From positions 25,856,001 to 25,920,000 of the forward strand of contig NC_058369.1 in assembly GCF_018350175.1 (NCBI RefSeq): a DNA stretch of 64,000 nucleotides. The letters are read 5' to 3'. The notes under the pieces are model-generated. The model had not been told where the DNA came from. It saw only the letters and a list, made by a program, of their open reading frames with translations, and made no database searches. The DNA comes from Felis catus. Its lineage: Eukaryota. The translations under genes and the position numbers were made by a program. Positions 39,265-53,222 of the stretch are shown here, piece after piece. Position 1 is the first letter of the stretch. Each line of letters starts with the position of its first letter.

Positions 39265-39490
39265 GGGGTGCCTGGGTGGCTCAGTCGGTTAAATATCCAA
39301 CTTCGGCTCAGGTCATGATCTCACAGTTTGTGGGTTCGACCCCCACATCGGGCTCATGCTGACAGCTCAGAGCCTGGAGTCTGCTTCAGATTCTGTGTCT
39401 CCTTCTCTCTCCACCCTGCCCCCACTCGTGCTCTGTCTCACTCTGTCTCTCAAAAATAAATAAATGTAATAAAAAAAATTAAAAAAAAAA
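39265..39490 (+). mobile_element. Can-SINE
   Basis: TSD taaatctgagcaatgg / taagtctgagcaatgg. Confidence 0.93.
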
Positions 39491-41560
39491 TAAGTCTGAG
39501 CAATGGAGATTCTGATGTAATATATCACAGCTTGTCAGCTCTGGCACTGCAGTTTTATTCTATTAACTCACTACACCTATTTTTTTAGACTTCATTACCA
39601 ATTTAATAAATATATTGGTCAGGTGTCAGTACTCTTGGATCTTCTTGTATTGTGCTCGTGTATTTATTGTAACCTGTTTATAGTAAATCTCTGGGAGAGC
39701 CGTAGAGCTGGGATGAATCTGTCTCTTCCTATGTTCTGCCAGGAAAAGGAGGGAGTTAGGTGGTTCTTGAAAGTGTAGGTGAACCCTACTGTCCTCAAAG
39801 TAAGAGATGTCTTCACCCCTGGTAATTAAAGCTGTAAAATATTAACCAGACATGTGCTTTGGCATATTCAGTAACCATTTATTAAATGCCTAGTTTGTAC
39901 CAGATAACTCTCCCTAGTACAGGATTTAAAAAGTGAAAAGCAACCAATCCTTGTTCCTGTCACAGAGTTGACTCTAACTGGTGAGACAATAGTTGTATAA
40001 ATGGTAAATATTCATAATGCAATGTGTTCAGTATTATAAGAAGTAGATATAGGAGACTTTGGGGGACCTCTAACTCAGATACTGAGTTTGGTGAAGGAAG
40101 TAGAATGTCTGAGCTGAATGGATAAGTGGCATTTGGTTATGGAGGCAAAGGGATAAAGGACATCACTGACAGAACAGCTTGTAAAGTGCATGGAGTTGTG
40201 AAAAGTCTTGCACAGGGTGTTTTTGGTAGCAGGATGGAGGATGAGGCCTGAAAGGAAGGAAGGAGCCCAATGTTTCAGGGCTGTGATTGCTGTGTTAGGC
40301 AGTTTAGAAGCCTGTCCCATAGATGGTTCCTGATTTGTGTTAGCACTTTTCAATAATAAGTTAATGAAAATTGAGTAAACTATGCTAAATTTCTTAAGTT
40401 TACTGTGTATTTCCAGATGTCAGAATAATATCCATGTTTATAAGATCATCTTGATGATTCATGGGTTTGAGCACTTAATGATTTACCTGTACCTAAATGC
40501 ATTAGCTCTATTCTTAATAAGTTTCATTGAAATATAATTTACTTGCAACACCAGTTTTACAAGCACAACCCACTGAGTTTTGACAAATGTATACAGTCCT
40601 ATAATTGCCACCGCCCTAATCATGACACAGTAAATTATGCATATACAGTATATTATGCATTAGCTTTTAAATTAGATTTTGGTACACTAAATAACTCTTT
40701 GAACCCTAACCCTGGAAGATGTAATCTCTGAAGGACAGAGACATAAAAAGCCATCAACCTTAAACCAGCAAAAAAGTTTTTTTCTGCAAAGCCCATATAA
40801 AAAGAGAAGCTCTGTATAAATGCTGCTTTTGGGGGGTTTTGTCTCTTGAAATCCTCAGAAGGAAGAGGAGGAAGTAAGAAGGAACAGTAAGAAATTGTCT
40901 ATAAAGTGAGTGCTGTAATGTTATATAAAAATGTTTGGGGGTGAAGGAAGAAAAAGCACCAAGAATACAGAACCACAATTTTAGATACTGAACTGGAAAC
41001 CTCAGACTTGAGCTCTACCAAAATCTCTGATACTTAATAACAGAGTTCAAGAAGCAGTCTCACTTGTCTGAGGTCTTGGTTTTCTCACTCATCAAATGGG
41101 GAATTGAGTGGCATATTTCAAGCTGTATTATGCAGGATGTTAGAGTTTTGTGAGGCGTGGGTAGAAGTTACAGGTTGAGGACAGGAGAACTAGAAACTAG
41201 GGCTAACTTCTAAATTGGGGAATAGTTGGAGTTAGGTTTTGATGCCAACAGATGGCAGAGAAAGTGCATTTCCTGACCTCAATTGTATTTCCGTGTATTC
41301 AACTGACCTTTTATGGACTGTCACAGCATTGGAGGCTAGGACTTAACAATTCTCTCTGTAATTCTGCCTTGCAACTGTGATTCAGAATGAATAGAGGGGA
41401 CTTTCTCCAGGGGAATAAATATTGTCATTAAGCCACCAGATTTTTTTCTTTCCTGGAAGTTATTACATTTAAGAATAAAATATATGTTTGAATATGAGAG
41501 ATGTGAAGGTTTGTATTTTTAAAAAATTACTTTATCCATCTTATTTGTTTTTTTAACCAG

Positions 41561-41633
41561 TTACCCATGGGTGTATTGTTTCTACAATAAAACTTTTTCT
41601 ACCAGATGGTATGGAAGCCCGGCTCCGCTCAGA
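41561..41633 (+). CDS. SLMAP: SLMAP coding exon (73 nt): (V)THGCIVSTIKLFLPDGMEARLRS(D)
   Basis: ttttttaaccag| ... TCAGA|gtgagt. Phase 1 to 2, in frame with the previous exon. Confidence 0.96.
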
Positions 41634-41872
41634 GTGAGTATAATTTAGTTTTTGTTTCAACTACCTTGGTTAATAATATTCTAGATGACGGTATACTGTT
41701 AACACTTGAGGATTATTCTAATAATGGTAGAAAATTAATGCAGTACTTTTACAATATAATATACTTCATTTTAATTCCTTTTCATGTTAGCTACAATTCT
41801 AGTAAATAATAATGTATAAGGAGGCAGGTTATTTTGTTTCCAAAGTTAACTTTACAGTTTATATATATATAT

Positions 41873-42822
41873 TTTTTTTTTAAATTTTTTTTTTTAACAT
41901 TTATTTATTTTTGAGACAGAGAGAGACAGAGCATGAATGGGGGAGGATCAGAGAGAGAGGGAGACACAGAATCGGAAGCAGGCTCCAGGCTCTGAGCCAT
42001 CAGCCCAGAGCCCGACGCGGGGCTTGAACTCACGGACCGCGAGATCATGACCTGAGCCGAAGTCGGACGCTCAACCGACTGAGCCACCCAGGCGCCCCTA
42101 CAGTTTATATTTTGATGGATAATTAGTTGTTTAAAAAAATTTTTTTTTAACATTTATTTATTTTTGAGACAGAGAGACACAGAGCATGAACGGGGAGGGG
42201 CAGAGAGAGAGGGAAACACAGAATATGAAACAGCCTCCAGGCTCTGAGCTGTCAGCACAGAGTCTGACGCAGGGCTCGAACCCACGGACTGTGAGATCAT
42301 GACCTGAGCTGAAGTCGGACACTTAACCGACCAAGCCACCCAGGCACCCCGATTAGTTGTTTTTAAAATATTTAGGGTATGTAAGTCACTGGTGAATGAT
42401 AACTGTATGAAAAAAAAAATTTTTTTTTAATTTAGTTCATTTTGAGAGAGAGAGAGAGAGAGTACAGATAGAGGAGGGACAAAGACAGAGAATCCCAAGC
42501 CCTGATGCAGGGCTTGAACCCACAAACTGTGAGATTATGACCTGAGCTGAAACCAAGAGTTGGATGCTTAACCAACTGAGCCATCCAGGCACCCCTAAAA
42601 ATATTATTTTTAATGTTTATTTATTTATTTTGAGAGAGAGAGTGCTCACACTCGTGTGGGTGAGAATGGGAGAGGGTCAGCAAGAGAGGAGAGACACAAT
42701 CCCAAGCAGGCTCTGCTCTGTCAGCACAGAGCCTGATGTGGGGCTCCACTCACAAACCCTGAGATCATGACCTGAGCTGAAATCAAGTCTGGTGCTTAAC
42801 CTACTGAGCCATCCGGGTGCCC
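41873..42822 (-). mobile_element. Cluster of four antisense Can-SINEs
   Basis: Bodies at ~41873-42098, 42133-42350, 42420-42596 and 42605-42822; the first has TSD tacagtttatat. Confidence 0.92.
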
Positions 42823-43406
42823 TGAGTGATAACTGTATTTTGATCTGCATTTAATAGAGGATTCTTAAAGTATAATTCCCTCTGAAGTTAATGCCAGTGT
42901 CATCATCTTTTAGGACCTTGAGGGGTGTTGATATAGTTAGTAGCCTATTTTGATGGGAATTTTGGAGGGATTTTCCAATGCTGCATTTTTTTTTTTTTCC
43001 TGAAGCAGTGGAAAGATTACTTAGAGGAAAACAAATATGAAAGAGAAGAGTTACTCATAAAATGTAAATGTTAAGATCTAAACATAAGTACATTTTAATC
43101 TTGGAGCTTTTCACAGATTATCATTATGTAGTAATCATTAATTAAACCATTTTTTTATTGGGGGGGGAAGACCTTGAATATGCCAGAAGCTTTTTTCTAT
43201 ACCCAGCATAATACTTTTTATCCTTCAAAAGCGAAGACAAAGATCTGAGGATGGGAGGTTAAGATAAGCAGTAAGTTGAAGGCAAAGCAGAGTAGTGAGA
43301 GGAAAGAATGAAAAAGAAAGCAGAGAGGCTCTCCTATTATCATGACAGTCTGTGCTTTCATTAGAATTACTATATATGTTGCTTCAGTTAGAAGCTACCA
43401 ATTTTT

Positions 43407-43700
43407 GGGGCTCCTAGGTGGCTCAGTTGGTTAAGCATCCGATGTTGGCTCAGGTCATGATCTTGCAGTTTGTGAGTTCAAGCTCCGCATCAGGCTCTGT
43501 GCTGACGGCTCAGAGCCTGGATCCTACTTCAGAGTCTGTGTCTTCCCCTCTCTCTGCCCCTCCCATGCTCATGCTCTGTCTCTCTCTGTCTCTCAATAAT
43601 AAATAAACATTGAAAAATTTTTTTTTAAATTTGAATTCTCTCTATATAACCTCTGGCAAAATTATCCCAGATATAAAAAAATAAAATTAAATTAAAAAAA
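43407..43700 (+). mobile_element. Can-SINE with an extra 3' segment
   Basis: TSD agaagctaccaattttt (43390-43406) / agaagataccaattttt (43701-43717). Confidence 0.9.
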
Positions 43701-43764
43701 AGAAGATACCAATTTTTGTTAGCTTTAAGGATATCTGAAGCAAAGCAAAAATTTTTAAACATTT

Positions 43765-44070
43765 TATTTTATTTATTTAAATCTTTTAAATATTTATTTA
43801 TTTATTTTTTTAATTTTTTTTTTTAACATCTATTTATTTTTGAGACAGAGAGAGACAGAGCATGAACGGGGGAGGGTCAGAGAGAGGGAGACACAGAGTC
43901 TGAAACAGGCTCCAGGCTCTGAGCTGTCAGCACAGAGCCCAATGCGGGGCTCAAACTCATGGACCGCGAGATCATGACCTGAGCCGAAGTCTGCCGCTCA
44001 ACCGACTGAGCCACCCAGGCGCCCCTATTTATTTATTATTAAAAATTTTTTTTAATGTTTATTTATTTTT

Positions 44071-44114
<44 letters not shown>

Positions 44115-44290
44115 ATGAGCTGGGGAGGGCAGAGAGAGAGGGAGATACAGAATCTGAAACAGGCTCCAGACTCTAAACTGTCAGCACAGAGCCCAACGTG
44201 GGGCTTGAACTCACTGCGAGATCACGACCCGAGCCAAAGTCAGACGCTCAACCGACTGAGCCACCCAGGCGCCCCTAATATTTATTTATT

Positions 44291-44342
<52 letters not shown>

Positions 44343-44531
44343 AGAGTGCACACGCGTGCACAAGCAGGAGTGGGGGAGGGGCAGAGAGAGAAGGAGACAC
44401 AGAATCTGAAGCAGGCTCCAGGCTCTGAGCTGTCAGCACAGAGCCTGATGCAGGGCTCGAACTCATGCACTGTGAGATCGTGACCTGAGCCGAAGTCAGA
44501 CGCTTAACCAACTAAGCCACCCAGGTGCCCC
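43765..44531 (-). mobile_element. Stack of three nested antisense Can-SINEs
   Basis: Bodies end at ~44026, ~44276 and ~44531; outer repeat taaacattt. Confidence 0.92.
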
Positions 44532-45371
44532 TAAACATTTAAAATTCATAACAATCTGTTTCCTATTCTATATTATAGTTTAATTATTAAAAATACAGTT
44601 TACTTTGGAAGCTTTAATGTGACTCAGCTTTTATGAGTCAAGGGTTAAGTTTTTAAAAATAAGAATAACTATTAGTCATCTAATGATGTGTGACTTCTTA
44701 AAAACCTTGATATTTCTGTGCGATAATGAGATTTTTCTTTCATGGAGTTAAAAACTTTGAGCAGTTATATAAAGGGTTATCTGTAATCTCAGGTTCCATC
44801 TAGTAGGGCATGTGAATTTCTCAGTCTATGTTGTGAATTGTGTCCCTGCCCTTGTTTCCCCAATGCTTTTCATCTTTGTCCTTGTTTCCTTATTGTTTGG
44901 TTTTTCTTATGTGGTTAAATATTAGCATTTAGAATTTTGCTGCCAATCTCTTTGTACACAACCTGGCTGACTTTCTGGAGAAGACGAATTTGGGACAGGC
45001 ACTTCTCCAGAGCTGGAGGAAGATCAGAATAGTCTTTAGAGGCAGATGGTCTGTTTCAAAGCCAGACTCCACCTATTCTGTGACTTGAGCAGGCCTCCCT
45101 TTTCTCATTTGAAAAATGAAGATAACAGTAGTACTTGTGGAGCAGGAATTTTATGAGGAGGATTAAACAAGTTTGTGCACTTAAAGTTTTGTGTAGTACC
45201 TGGCATATATTAAGCACATGATAATCATTGACTGTTTCTATGACTGTAATCTTTTATAGCAATCAAGATATATTTGAGTACACCAGAATTTTAGAGTTTC
45301 AGATACATTGTATACATAGCATTTAATGCTTTTAAGATCTTCACTAGATAGTTCTCAAAAAGCTGGTTATT

Positions 45372-45695
45372 GGGGTGTCTGGGTGCCTTGGCTGAGCATC
45401 CGACTCTTGATTTCTGCTCAGGGCATGATCCCAGGGTTGTGGAATCGAGCCTTGTGTCACGCTCCACACTGAGCATGGAGTCTGCTTAAGATTCTCTCTC
45501 TTTCCCTCTGGCCTTTTCCCTTGCTTGCACTCTCTTTCTCGAAAGAAAAAAAAGATTCTTTTTTCTTCCTTGATTTTTATTATATCACACAAATATTATT
45601 TTTTAAAGTAATCTTTACACTGAACATGGGGCTCAAACTCATGACCCTGAGATCAAGAGTTGTATGCTGCACTGACTGAGCCAGCCAGGCACCCC
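45372..45695. mobile_element. Two old Can-SINEs: + strand ~45372-45550, - strand ~45595-45695
   Basis: Diverged SINE heads in opposite orientation. Confidence 0.8.
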
Positions 45696-47646
45696 TGTAC
45701 AAATAATTTTTAAGTGATAACAGAGAAATTGCCTGTAATTCCGCAGTCCTAACACTAAATAATGGTTTTCTTTTTCTGCATTCCCTTATTGCAATGAACT
45801 TTTCTTAAAATCCAAACAGAATACATCTATATCCAAGATAGGTTCTGTAAAATACATACTATACACACACAAATACTTATTACTTATGGAATGTTTAGCT
45901 GGATTTTCAGCCTTTGGTTAACTAAATTTTCATAAGAACAGAATATTTTGTACTTTGGTCACGAAGAAAAATGGAATTAAAAAACCATGAGTACTATTTG
46001 CTTCTATTTAGACTTTCTTAAGTTCATTTGCCTATATGTGCGTATCTATAGAGAAAAAGGTATATACCCCAAATGGTTACCTCTGGGTGCTGGCATTAGG
46101 TAGTTTTTACTTATTTTCTCTTGCTTTACTGCACACACATAATCAATATGTATTACTTGTATAGTGAAGAAAACAAAAGTTATGTTTAAGGTATCTATCC
46201 CATGTTTATGGGGTAGAGAGAAAAACTAAAGTTGGCATAATTTTTTAAACCTTCATTGGGCACCAGCTTTTCCAGGGCGTTGTGGTAGGTTCTGGGCATC
46301 CAGAGGTAAATTGGTCACAATGCCTAAAAACACACATGTGAAATTGAAGATATAAAGGGTTATATGATCTCAATGGGAGTCTGCACAGGATCATGTGTGT
46401 TCAGAAGGGAAGGGTGTGCTGGTTCTTAATATTCCATTTTATTCAGCATTTTAGTGTATTTGTGACTAATTGAATTGAAGCAGTACTTAGGATGTTTGTG
46501 GTTATTACAGTGGGATTAGAATTGTCATTTCTATTTTTAAGTCATAGATCAGTTTCTCATTAGTTTACACATAATTAACCAGTTGAATCTAGGAGCTTTC
46601 CTCTAGTCAACCTTCAAGGTGACCATTATCAGAGTAGCGTCTAGGATATGGAGTGATTAGCCACTGGGAGGGGACGTGGGTAGCAGCCTTGCTTCGTGTT
46701 TTCTCTACTCACCCCAACCCCCATACAGTAGCTTACAGGCATTGTAAGATAGGGCCCCTGGCTTCCTTAGCTGCTGTGTTCTCATGGAACTGGTAGTAGG
46801 ATCAAGTGCTACTATGTTAAAGGTACTGTTTAAAGCTCTTTATTTATATTAACACATTTAATACAGTAACCCCTGGGCTTGTTTTTATGATTATCCCCAT
46901 TTTATAGAGGAGGAAGATGAGACCTATAGTGCTTAGGTAACTTGCCCAAGATTATACAGCTCGTAAGTAGAGCCAGAATTCGGACCCAGGCTTCTGAGCC
47001 TGCATACTAAACTGATACACTATATTGCCTATCTGTCAGTACTTTATAAGGCTGAAGAGGCAATTAGTACCAATTGTACTGTCTGTTTGCTGCTTTAAAG
47101 AGGTATACTGAGTTTAGTTTCCTATTTACATTTAAGCTTTCATTTGTTAATGTGTGAAGGGGCTGGGTGGAGAAGAACAGTAATACTGTTTGGTTAGCTA
47201 AAATTTTTCTCCTAGAGCAAGTTTCCAAATTATAGCTTTCTTTCAAATAGAACTTTGGTTTTTAAGACTTTGTGTATAGGAATATTTAATTTTAAAAGAA
47301 TGTAACTTACAGATTCCAAAATTAAAAATGGATATGTAGAAGTTGTAGAGCCCAGAAATTCGCCAGAGCCCTCGTTAAATAGTGGATCCTCAAAAGGCAT
47401 TTAATACGTTTTGAATTTTGAATTTGTGTTTAAAAATATATTATGTGTAAAAAGTAGATTTGTGTATTTATTACCTTGTTTTCTAAGAATGCTATGTATT
47501 TATGAAGGATTAAAAATAATTCACATTCTTTTAATTATATGAAAGCAAGTGTAGCAACTTTGGGGTTTAAGATATTCTGGTACTGTCCTACTCTGTTTCC
47601 TCTGTTGTCAGGAAATTAGATAAAAATTCTAAATTTTTCTTTTCAG

Positions 47647-47683
47647 TGTCATCCATGCTCCATTACCAAGTCCTGTTGACAAA
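47647..47683 (+). CDS. SLMAP: SLMAP coding exon (37 nt): (D)VIHAPLPSPVDK
   Basis: tttttcttttcag| ... AAA|gtaagt. Phase 2 to 0. Confidence 0.95.
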
Positions 47684-48829
47684 GTAAGTTAGTAATGATT
47701 TTTTACAAACTAATTCAGCTATATTGCTTTGCAAAATGTTTTTGTTTTTAATATGCTTTACCTAGAAACTTATTTTTCTTCTGTAACAAAATACATGCAG
47801 TGTATATAGATATTTGGTTATTGCAGTCCTCTATCTGGAGAATTTAGGGTGGATGTTTCTTAGGAAAAAGCTTTTGTTATCTCGAGTAAATGGCTGGTTG
47901 TATAGACTAGGAGTACTTGTTTTGTGCCTAGCCAGAGGTACGAAGTGTTAGTTACTGCTGTTTATTCTGGAATACAATTCTGTCTAGAAATATTTATTAA
48001 AGCTTTCTACCCAAATATTCACCCAACATGTACCTACCCATAGAAATAACAGAAATATGGGTTTACAGGAATTGTTCTTTTATTATCCTTGAAAAGCAGT
48101 TTTATTTAATCTGATTTGGTCAGAAACTTTGTGATAATTACTTGTTAGTATTTTCCTCAGAAATAATGGTGTAATAAACTATAGATATCATTGCTTCATA
48201 ACAAAAAAAAAGATGTCTTTTGACATTAATGTAGATGTTTTTTCTTAGTGTACTAATTAACTATTGGGAAAATATTTTACATTTTTTTCTTCCATGTGGA
48301 TAAAGACTGAAAGCCTGCCTGAAACTGAAGTTCTCTGTTAAATTCCTTTTTTAGAAGTAAAAGTGGCTAATCATCAAGTTCAGCAATACCAAGAATTATT
48401 TCAGAAGTAAATAATGACCTTGCCAATATAAGACTAACTTTTAAAAATAATGCCACGTCTCTGAATTCTAGTTAGCATATTTAAAAAAATATGCTTTCTG
48501 AGCTTAATCGGGAATGATGCTATTAACATCATTAATAGTTAATACATAAGACTTAGTAGTATTGATATGAGTAAATGTTACAGCAGCCTATTAGTACCTT
48601 CTTTGGGGTGGGGGATGGTGGTGTGTGTGTGCGGAGAAATAATGCCATGATTATATGTTCCACACTTGGGGGAAACCCTGATAGAAGGTAATTTTTCCTA
48701 ATACACTTGAATTCTAAGTATTTTTTCTACAATTTATAGTTTAAATACTATTATTTACTATCTTTTTCTTCTTAAATCTACCTATAGTTTAAAGAAGAAA
48801 AAAAGACAAAGCTATTTTCTTTCTCTTTT

Positions 48830-49088
48830 TCTTTTTCTCTTTCTTTCCTTCTTTCTAATTTTTTTTTAATGTTTATTTGTTTCTTTCATTTGTTGAGACA
48901 GAGAGACAGAGCATGAGTTGGGGAGGAACAGAGAGAGAGGGAGACACAGAATCCGAAGCAGGCTCCAGGCTCTGAGCTGTCGGCACTGAGTCCGATGCAG
49001 GGCTTGAACCCACAAACCATAAGATCATGACCTGAACTGAAATTGGATGCTTAAGATGCTTAACCAGCTGAGCCACCCAGGCGCCCCT
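48830..49088 (-). mobile_element. Can-SINE
   Basis: Antisense SINE body with a small internal duplication (gatgcttaa twice). Confidence 0.92.
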
Positions 49089-49630
49089 CTTTTCTTTCTT
49101 TTCTTTTTTTTTAAAGAGACAAACCTATTTTCATTGCCTCTGGCCATTGGACAAAGCATTATATTTCCTGTCCTGTCTCTCCCACACCCTCACATACAAA
49201 TAACATTTTGAAGATGGCTGCCTCAGAATGAATTATGACTGTTGACATATTGAAGAACTATTTAACAATGAATCTTAAAGGGGGAAAATATAGATCTGTT
49301 GATTTAGGAGGTATTATTTCTGGATTAAGAAAGGGCTGTCTTGCCTTTGCCTTGTGCTTGTGATTTGGTTTATCAAGGAATGTTTCCATTAGTAGTACTT
49401 GTTCTACCACCCTGCTTATAAATCTCAGACTGGCCAGTGAAATATAACACCATTTACAAATTCTACACATGGAACAGAAATATTTTGAAAATGAAAGGAA
49501 CTGGTTAAGCTTAAAAATAATTTTTATTTTGCATATTTCAGTAAATAGACATTTCAAAGACTTGGCTTGCTTTAATGTCTTTTATGAATGTTTTGTGTGA
49601 CTATTGATACTTGTGTCATTTTGTTTCTAG

Positions 49631-49693
49631 GTTGCTGCTAACACTCCAAGTATGTACTCTCAGGAACTATTCCAGCTTTCTCAGTATCTACAG
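49631..49693 (+). CDS. SLMAP: SLMAP coding exon (63 nt): VAANTPSMYSQELFQLSQYLQ
   Basis: tttgtttctag| ... CAG|gtaaaa. Phase 0 to 0. Confidence 0.95.
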
Positions 49694-49979
49694 GTAAAAG
49701 TAAATCTTGAAAATTCTTAGTTTTTAAAAGTAGAATTAAACAACTTAGGTTTGATTTTGCTAGTTCACAAATACAGGCTAAAGAAATATTGGCTGGCTAC
49801 AAGTACAAAAGAAATATCTTTTCAAAGTAAAAAAAAAGGATTAAAATTAGGTCTTGTGAAGAAAGGATAAAAGAATCAGGATTATTAAGTCTAGAAAAGA
49901 TAGGGTTCTGTACAAGAGAAGTTTTTGTTATTTAAATATGAGGAAGTGTCAACATAGTTCTTTATCCATAGATGATTAA

Positions 49980-50200
49980 AAAAAAATTTTTTTTTAATGT
50001 TTATTTATTTTTTGAGAGAGAAGTTGACAGAGTGTGAGCCTGGAAGGGGCAGAGAGAGAGAGGAAAACACAGAATCTGAAGCAGGCTCCAGGCTCTGAGC
50101 TGTCAGCACAGAGCCCGACACGGGGCTTGAACCCACAAACCGAGAGAACATGACCTGAGCCAAAGTTGGACACTTAACTGACTGAGCCACCCAGGCGCCC
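49980..50200 (-). mobile_element. Can-SINE
   Basis: Flanks atccatagatgatt / atccataggtgatt. Confidence 0.92.
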
Positions 50201-50599
50201 CATCCATAGGTGATTTCTAAAGAAAATTAAACCTGGAGAGATTTTGGTTGCTTAGTATAATAGCAAATAATTACATAGCACTTACTATATGCCAGACTCT
50301 ACCTCTTTGCCTCTACTCATTTAATCTTCAGAACAATCCTGCAAGGTACATATTTTATTCCCATTTTTATAGAGAGAGTAACTGATGGTCTGGAAGGTTA
50401 AATAATTTACACAATATTACACACTGTGTAGTAGAGCTGGGATTTGAACCCAGACAGTCAGACCTCAGAATCTGTACCCTTAACCACTGGGCTGTGCTGC
50501 TGAGTCTGTTGGAAGATATCTTGATGAGGCAGATACATCGAGTGGGCTCCTGAAGAAGTTAATACCATATTTAAAAAGCCTTTCAAATCTTTAAAAAGG

Positions 50600-50603
<4 letters not shown>

Positions 50604-50643
<40 letters not shown>
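50604..50643. repeat. (GT)n microsatellite
   Basis: About 20 GT units. Confidence 0.95.
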
Positions 50644-50645
<2 letters not shown>

Positions 50646-51763
50646 CCCCTCTTGATTTGGGGAGATTTGGGCTAGATTATGTTCCTATTATTATGCTGGT
50701 GAGGGAGCATATTGAAGAAAAATCCTAGATCAGGAATTTAGATATTGAACTTTTTATCTTGGCTCTGCCACTGAGTTCTGTAACTTTGGGTGACTCATTT
50801 TACATTCATAAGTCTTCAACTGCTTTTTAAAAATGATAGGACCAAACCAGTGATCCTGGCTCCTACATTCTTTTATAGGAATCAATCACTAAAAGTGGTT
50901 CTCCCTCAGTTAAGAATGTACAAGTCTGTGAAAATTGTCAAAGTACTAATCACATCTTACTTCCACTGGGTGTTATGTAATGGTGCATAGAAAAGCACTG
51001 TTACACATTTGTAATTTAAGTAGAATTTCTAACAGCACAAACCATAGCCAGAATTCCCTGGACTCGATCTGTGGCTTTAACCTCTGACCTTTTGGGAAAG
51101 TTGTTTAACCCTTTTGCGTGCCTCATTTTCTTAATCTGTGATATGGGTATAATAATAGCACTTACCTCACAGAATTGTGAAGAGTAAATGAACCAATATA
51201 TGTAAAGCTCTTAGAACAGTGCCTGGCACATAAAATGTATGCCATACATGTTAGCATTTGTGTACCACTCAATAGGAAGGTACATTAATTGACCCAGATC
51301 TCTCTTATTTTTAGAAGTAGAAGAAAACTTTGAGATTAATCTGGTCTAACCTCCATTTTTCACATGAGAAATATGGGGCTCATCTAGATAAAAATGATTT
51401 CCCGAGGCTATACACACTATATACTCACCAGTCATCATGGACTGTCGATCTAATGTCCTGACTCACTCACTACTTTTTCCACCTTTGTCAGTTCTTTGCA
51501 TATTCATAGGTGGGCATGCCTTTAATTGTTCTTTTCTGATTTTTGAGAGAATATTATATTGTGCTATCTTTTCTATATACATCTTTGTGAATTGCTGGAA
51601 TTCTTACGTAAAGTGTAAAACTTTTGAATAAAAACTGGAGTAGATATGTTTTATGCCTTAGAACTAAAAGTAAAGAACTGGAAGTATTATTAGATTTCTA
51701 TTAGGATGTGGTTCATGGAATTATGAAACTCTAAATGGGATTGAGTTAAAAAAAGGTGAAATT

Positions 51764-51777
51764 CCACCACCTAGTGG
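51764..51777 (-). promoter_or_regulatory. CTCF-like motif
   Basis: Minus strand CCACTAGGTGGTGG, one mismatch to the core CCASYAGRKGGCRS. Confidence 0.35.
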
Positions 51778-52709
51778 GAGTAGTGATTATTTGGTGGTTT
51801 TGTGTTTAAGTAAAACTTTTTGCAGCATTAATGTAATTTCCTGGATATTAGGAATGTTTTAAGAGCTTAAAATAAACTTGGCAGCTCATCTCTTTTAAGT
51901 GTAAGTTGTGTTTTATGGCCTTTGTTAGATTCCTTAATCTATACTTTTACAATTACATTAAAAAACAGTACCGCTAATTCTTAATTAGGTCAGATTTTCT
52001 CTAATCATTATTTATCAAGGATGTGGACAACAATAAATGCATGCTTTAAACCTCAAGAAATGTGTTTGAAGCATACCCTTCTTTGCTGAGGTGGCTCCAG
52101 AGGTATTAGGGTAGTAAGTGTTCTTCTTTGGCTAATGACAGGAATAGAAGAAAGTGAAATTTAAAGATGTGCCATAACCACCGCTGAATGCTGTGTGAGC
52201 ATTTTCACCTTGACTTCTAGTGAAGGAGACCCTCTTAACAGCTATCAAATGTTAATAAGTGACCTAGAGATAAGGTTTGCTTGCCAATGTCCTTCTCTGG
52301 AAAAATATTCCTTTGGAGCTGCCAAATAGTTATATAACTCCTTGATTCCTTAATTACATTAGTGGACTCTTATTTTTGGCATATTTGATTGCTGCTAAGT
52401 GGTATACAGTCTCAGAGAATCAGAACACCTGACAATGCAATAGATTATGATAGTGAAACAGTCTTTCTCTCTTCTTAAGTATGTATGTTTATATATATAA
52501 CATTCTTAAAAGGAAAAACTAAAAGACATTTCTAATTTAGATGTCATATCCATGCACCTAAGCCATTAAGAAGTATCTTTGCTACTGACCACATTGTTTG
52601 ACTTAGTGTGGAATGAGTTAGTGCTGAAAGATATGTATATATTTTTTAAAATATGTATATATATAAAATGCAGGGTTGAACATTTGTTGGATTCTTCTAC
52701 TCTGGATTT

Positions 52710-52855
52710 CCTTTTTTTTTTTTTTTTTTAAACTCACTCTTCCTATGTATGTATGTGTGGAAGGAAGGAAGTAAGCTCTATGCCCAACCTGGGGCTTGAA
52801 CCCACAACCCCGGGGTCAAATGTCATGCTCTACTGACTGAACCAGCCATGCTTCC
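52710..52855 (-). mobile_element. Short old Can-SINE
   Basis: ggggcttgaacccacaaccccgggg...ctctactgactgaaccagcca. Confidence 0.75.
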
Positions 52856-53126
52856 TTTTTAAAGTCACTCTTGCGAATTATGAGTAAAAAGAAAACAAAA
52901 ACAGGGGGCTTGATTTCTGTTAACAGTGGAAGGTGCAGCTAGAGTACCCCTAACAGACCAGAAAATGAGGCTAAACTGATGTGGTTTATATATATTTTAC
53001 AAGATTTATCAGGTTTGAAAGTAAGATACAAAGTGGGATATAAGATGAGAATGTGCTAAAAATTGATTACTCTTCAAGGGATCATGCTGAGTTCTTTAGA
53101 ATCTCTTTTGTGATTTGTATTATTAG

Positions 53127-53222
53127 GAGGCCTTACATCGGGAACAGATGTTGGAACAGAAGTTAGCCACACTTCAGCGGCTACTAGCCATCACCCAAGA
53201 GGCTTCAGATACCAGTTGGCAG
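53127..53222 (+). CDS. SLMAP: SLMAP coding exon (96 nt): EALHREQMLEQKLATLQRLLAITQEASDTSWQ
   Basis: tattattag| ... CAG|gtatta. Coiled-coil peptide, phase 0 to 0. Confidence 0.95.
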
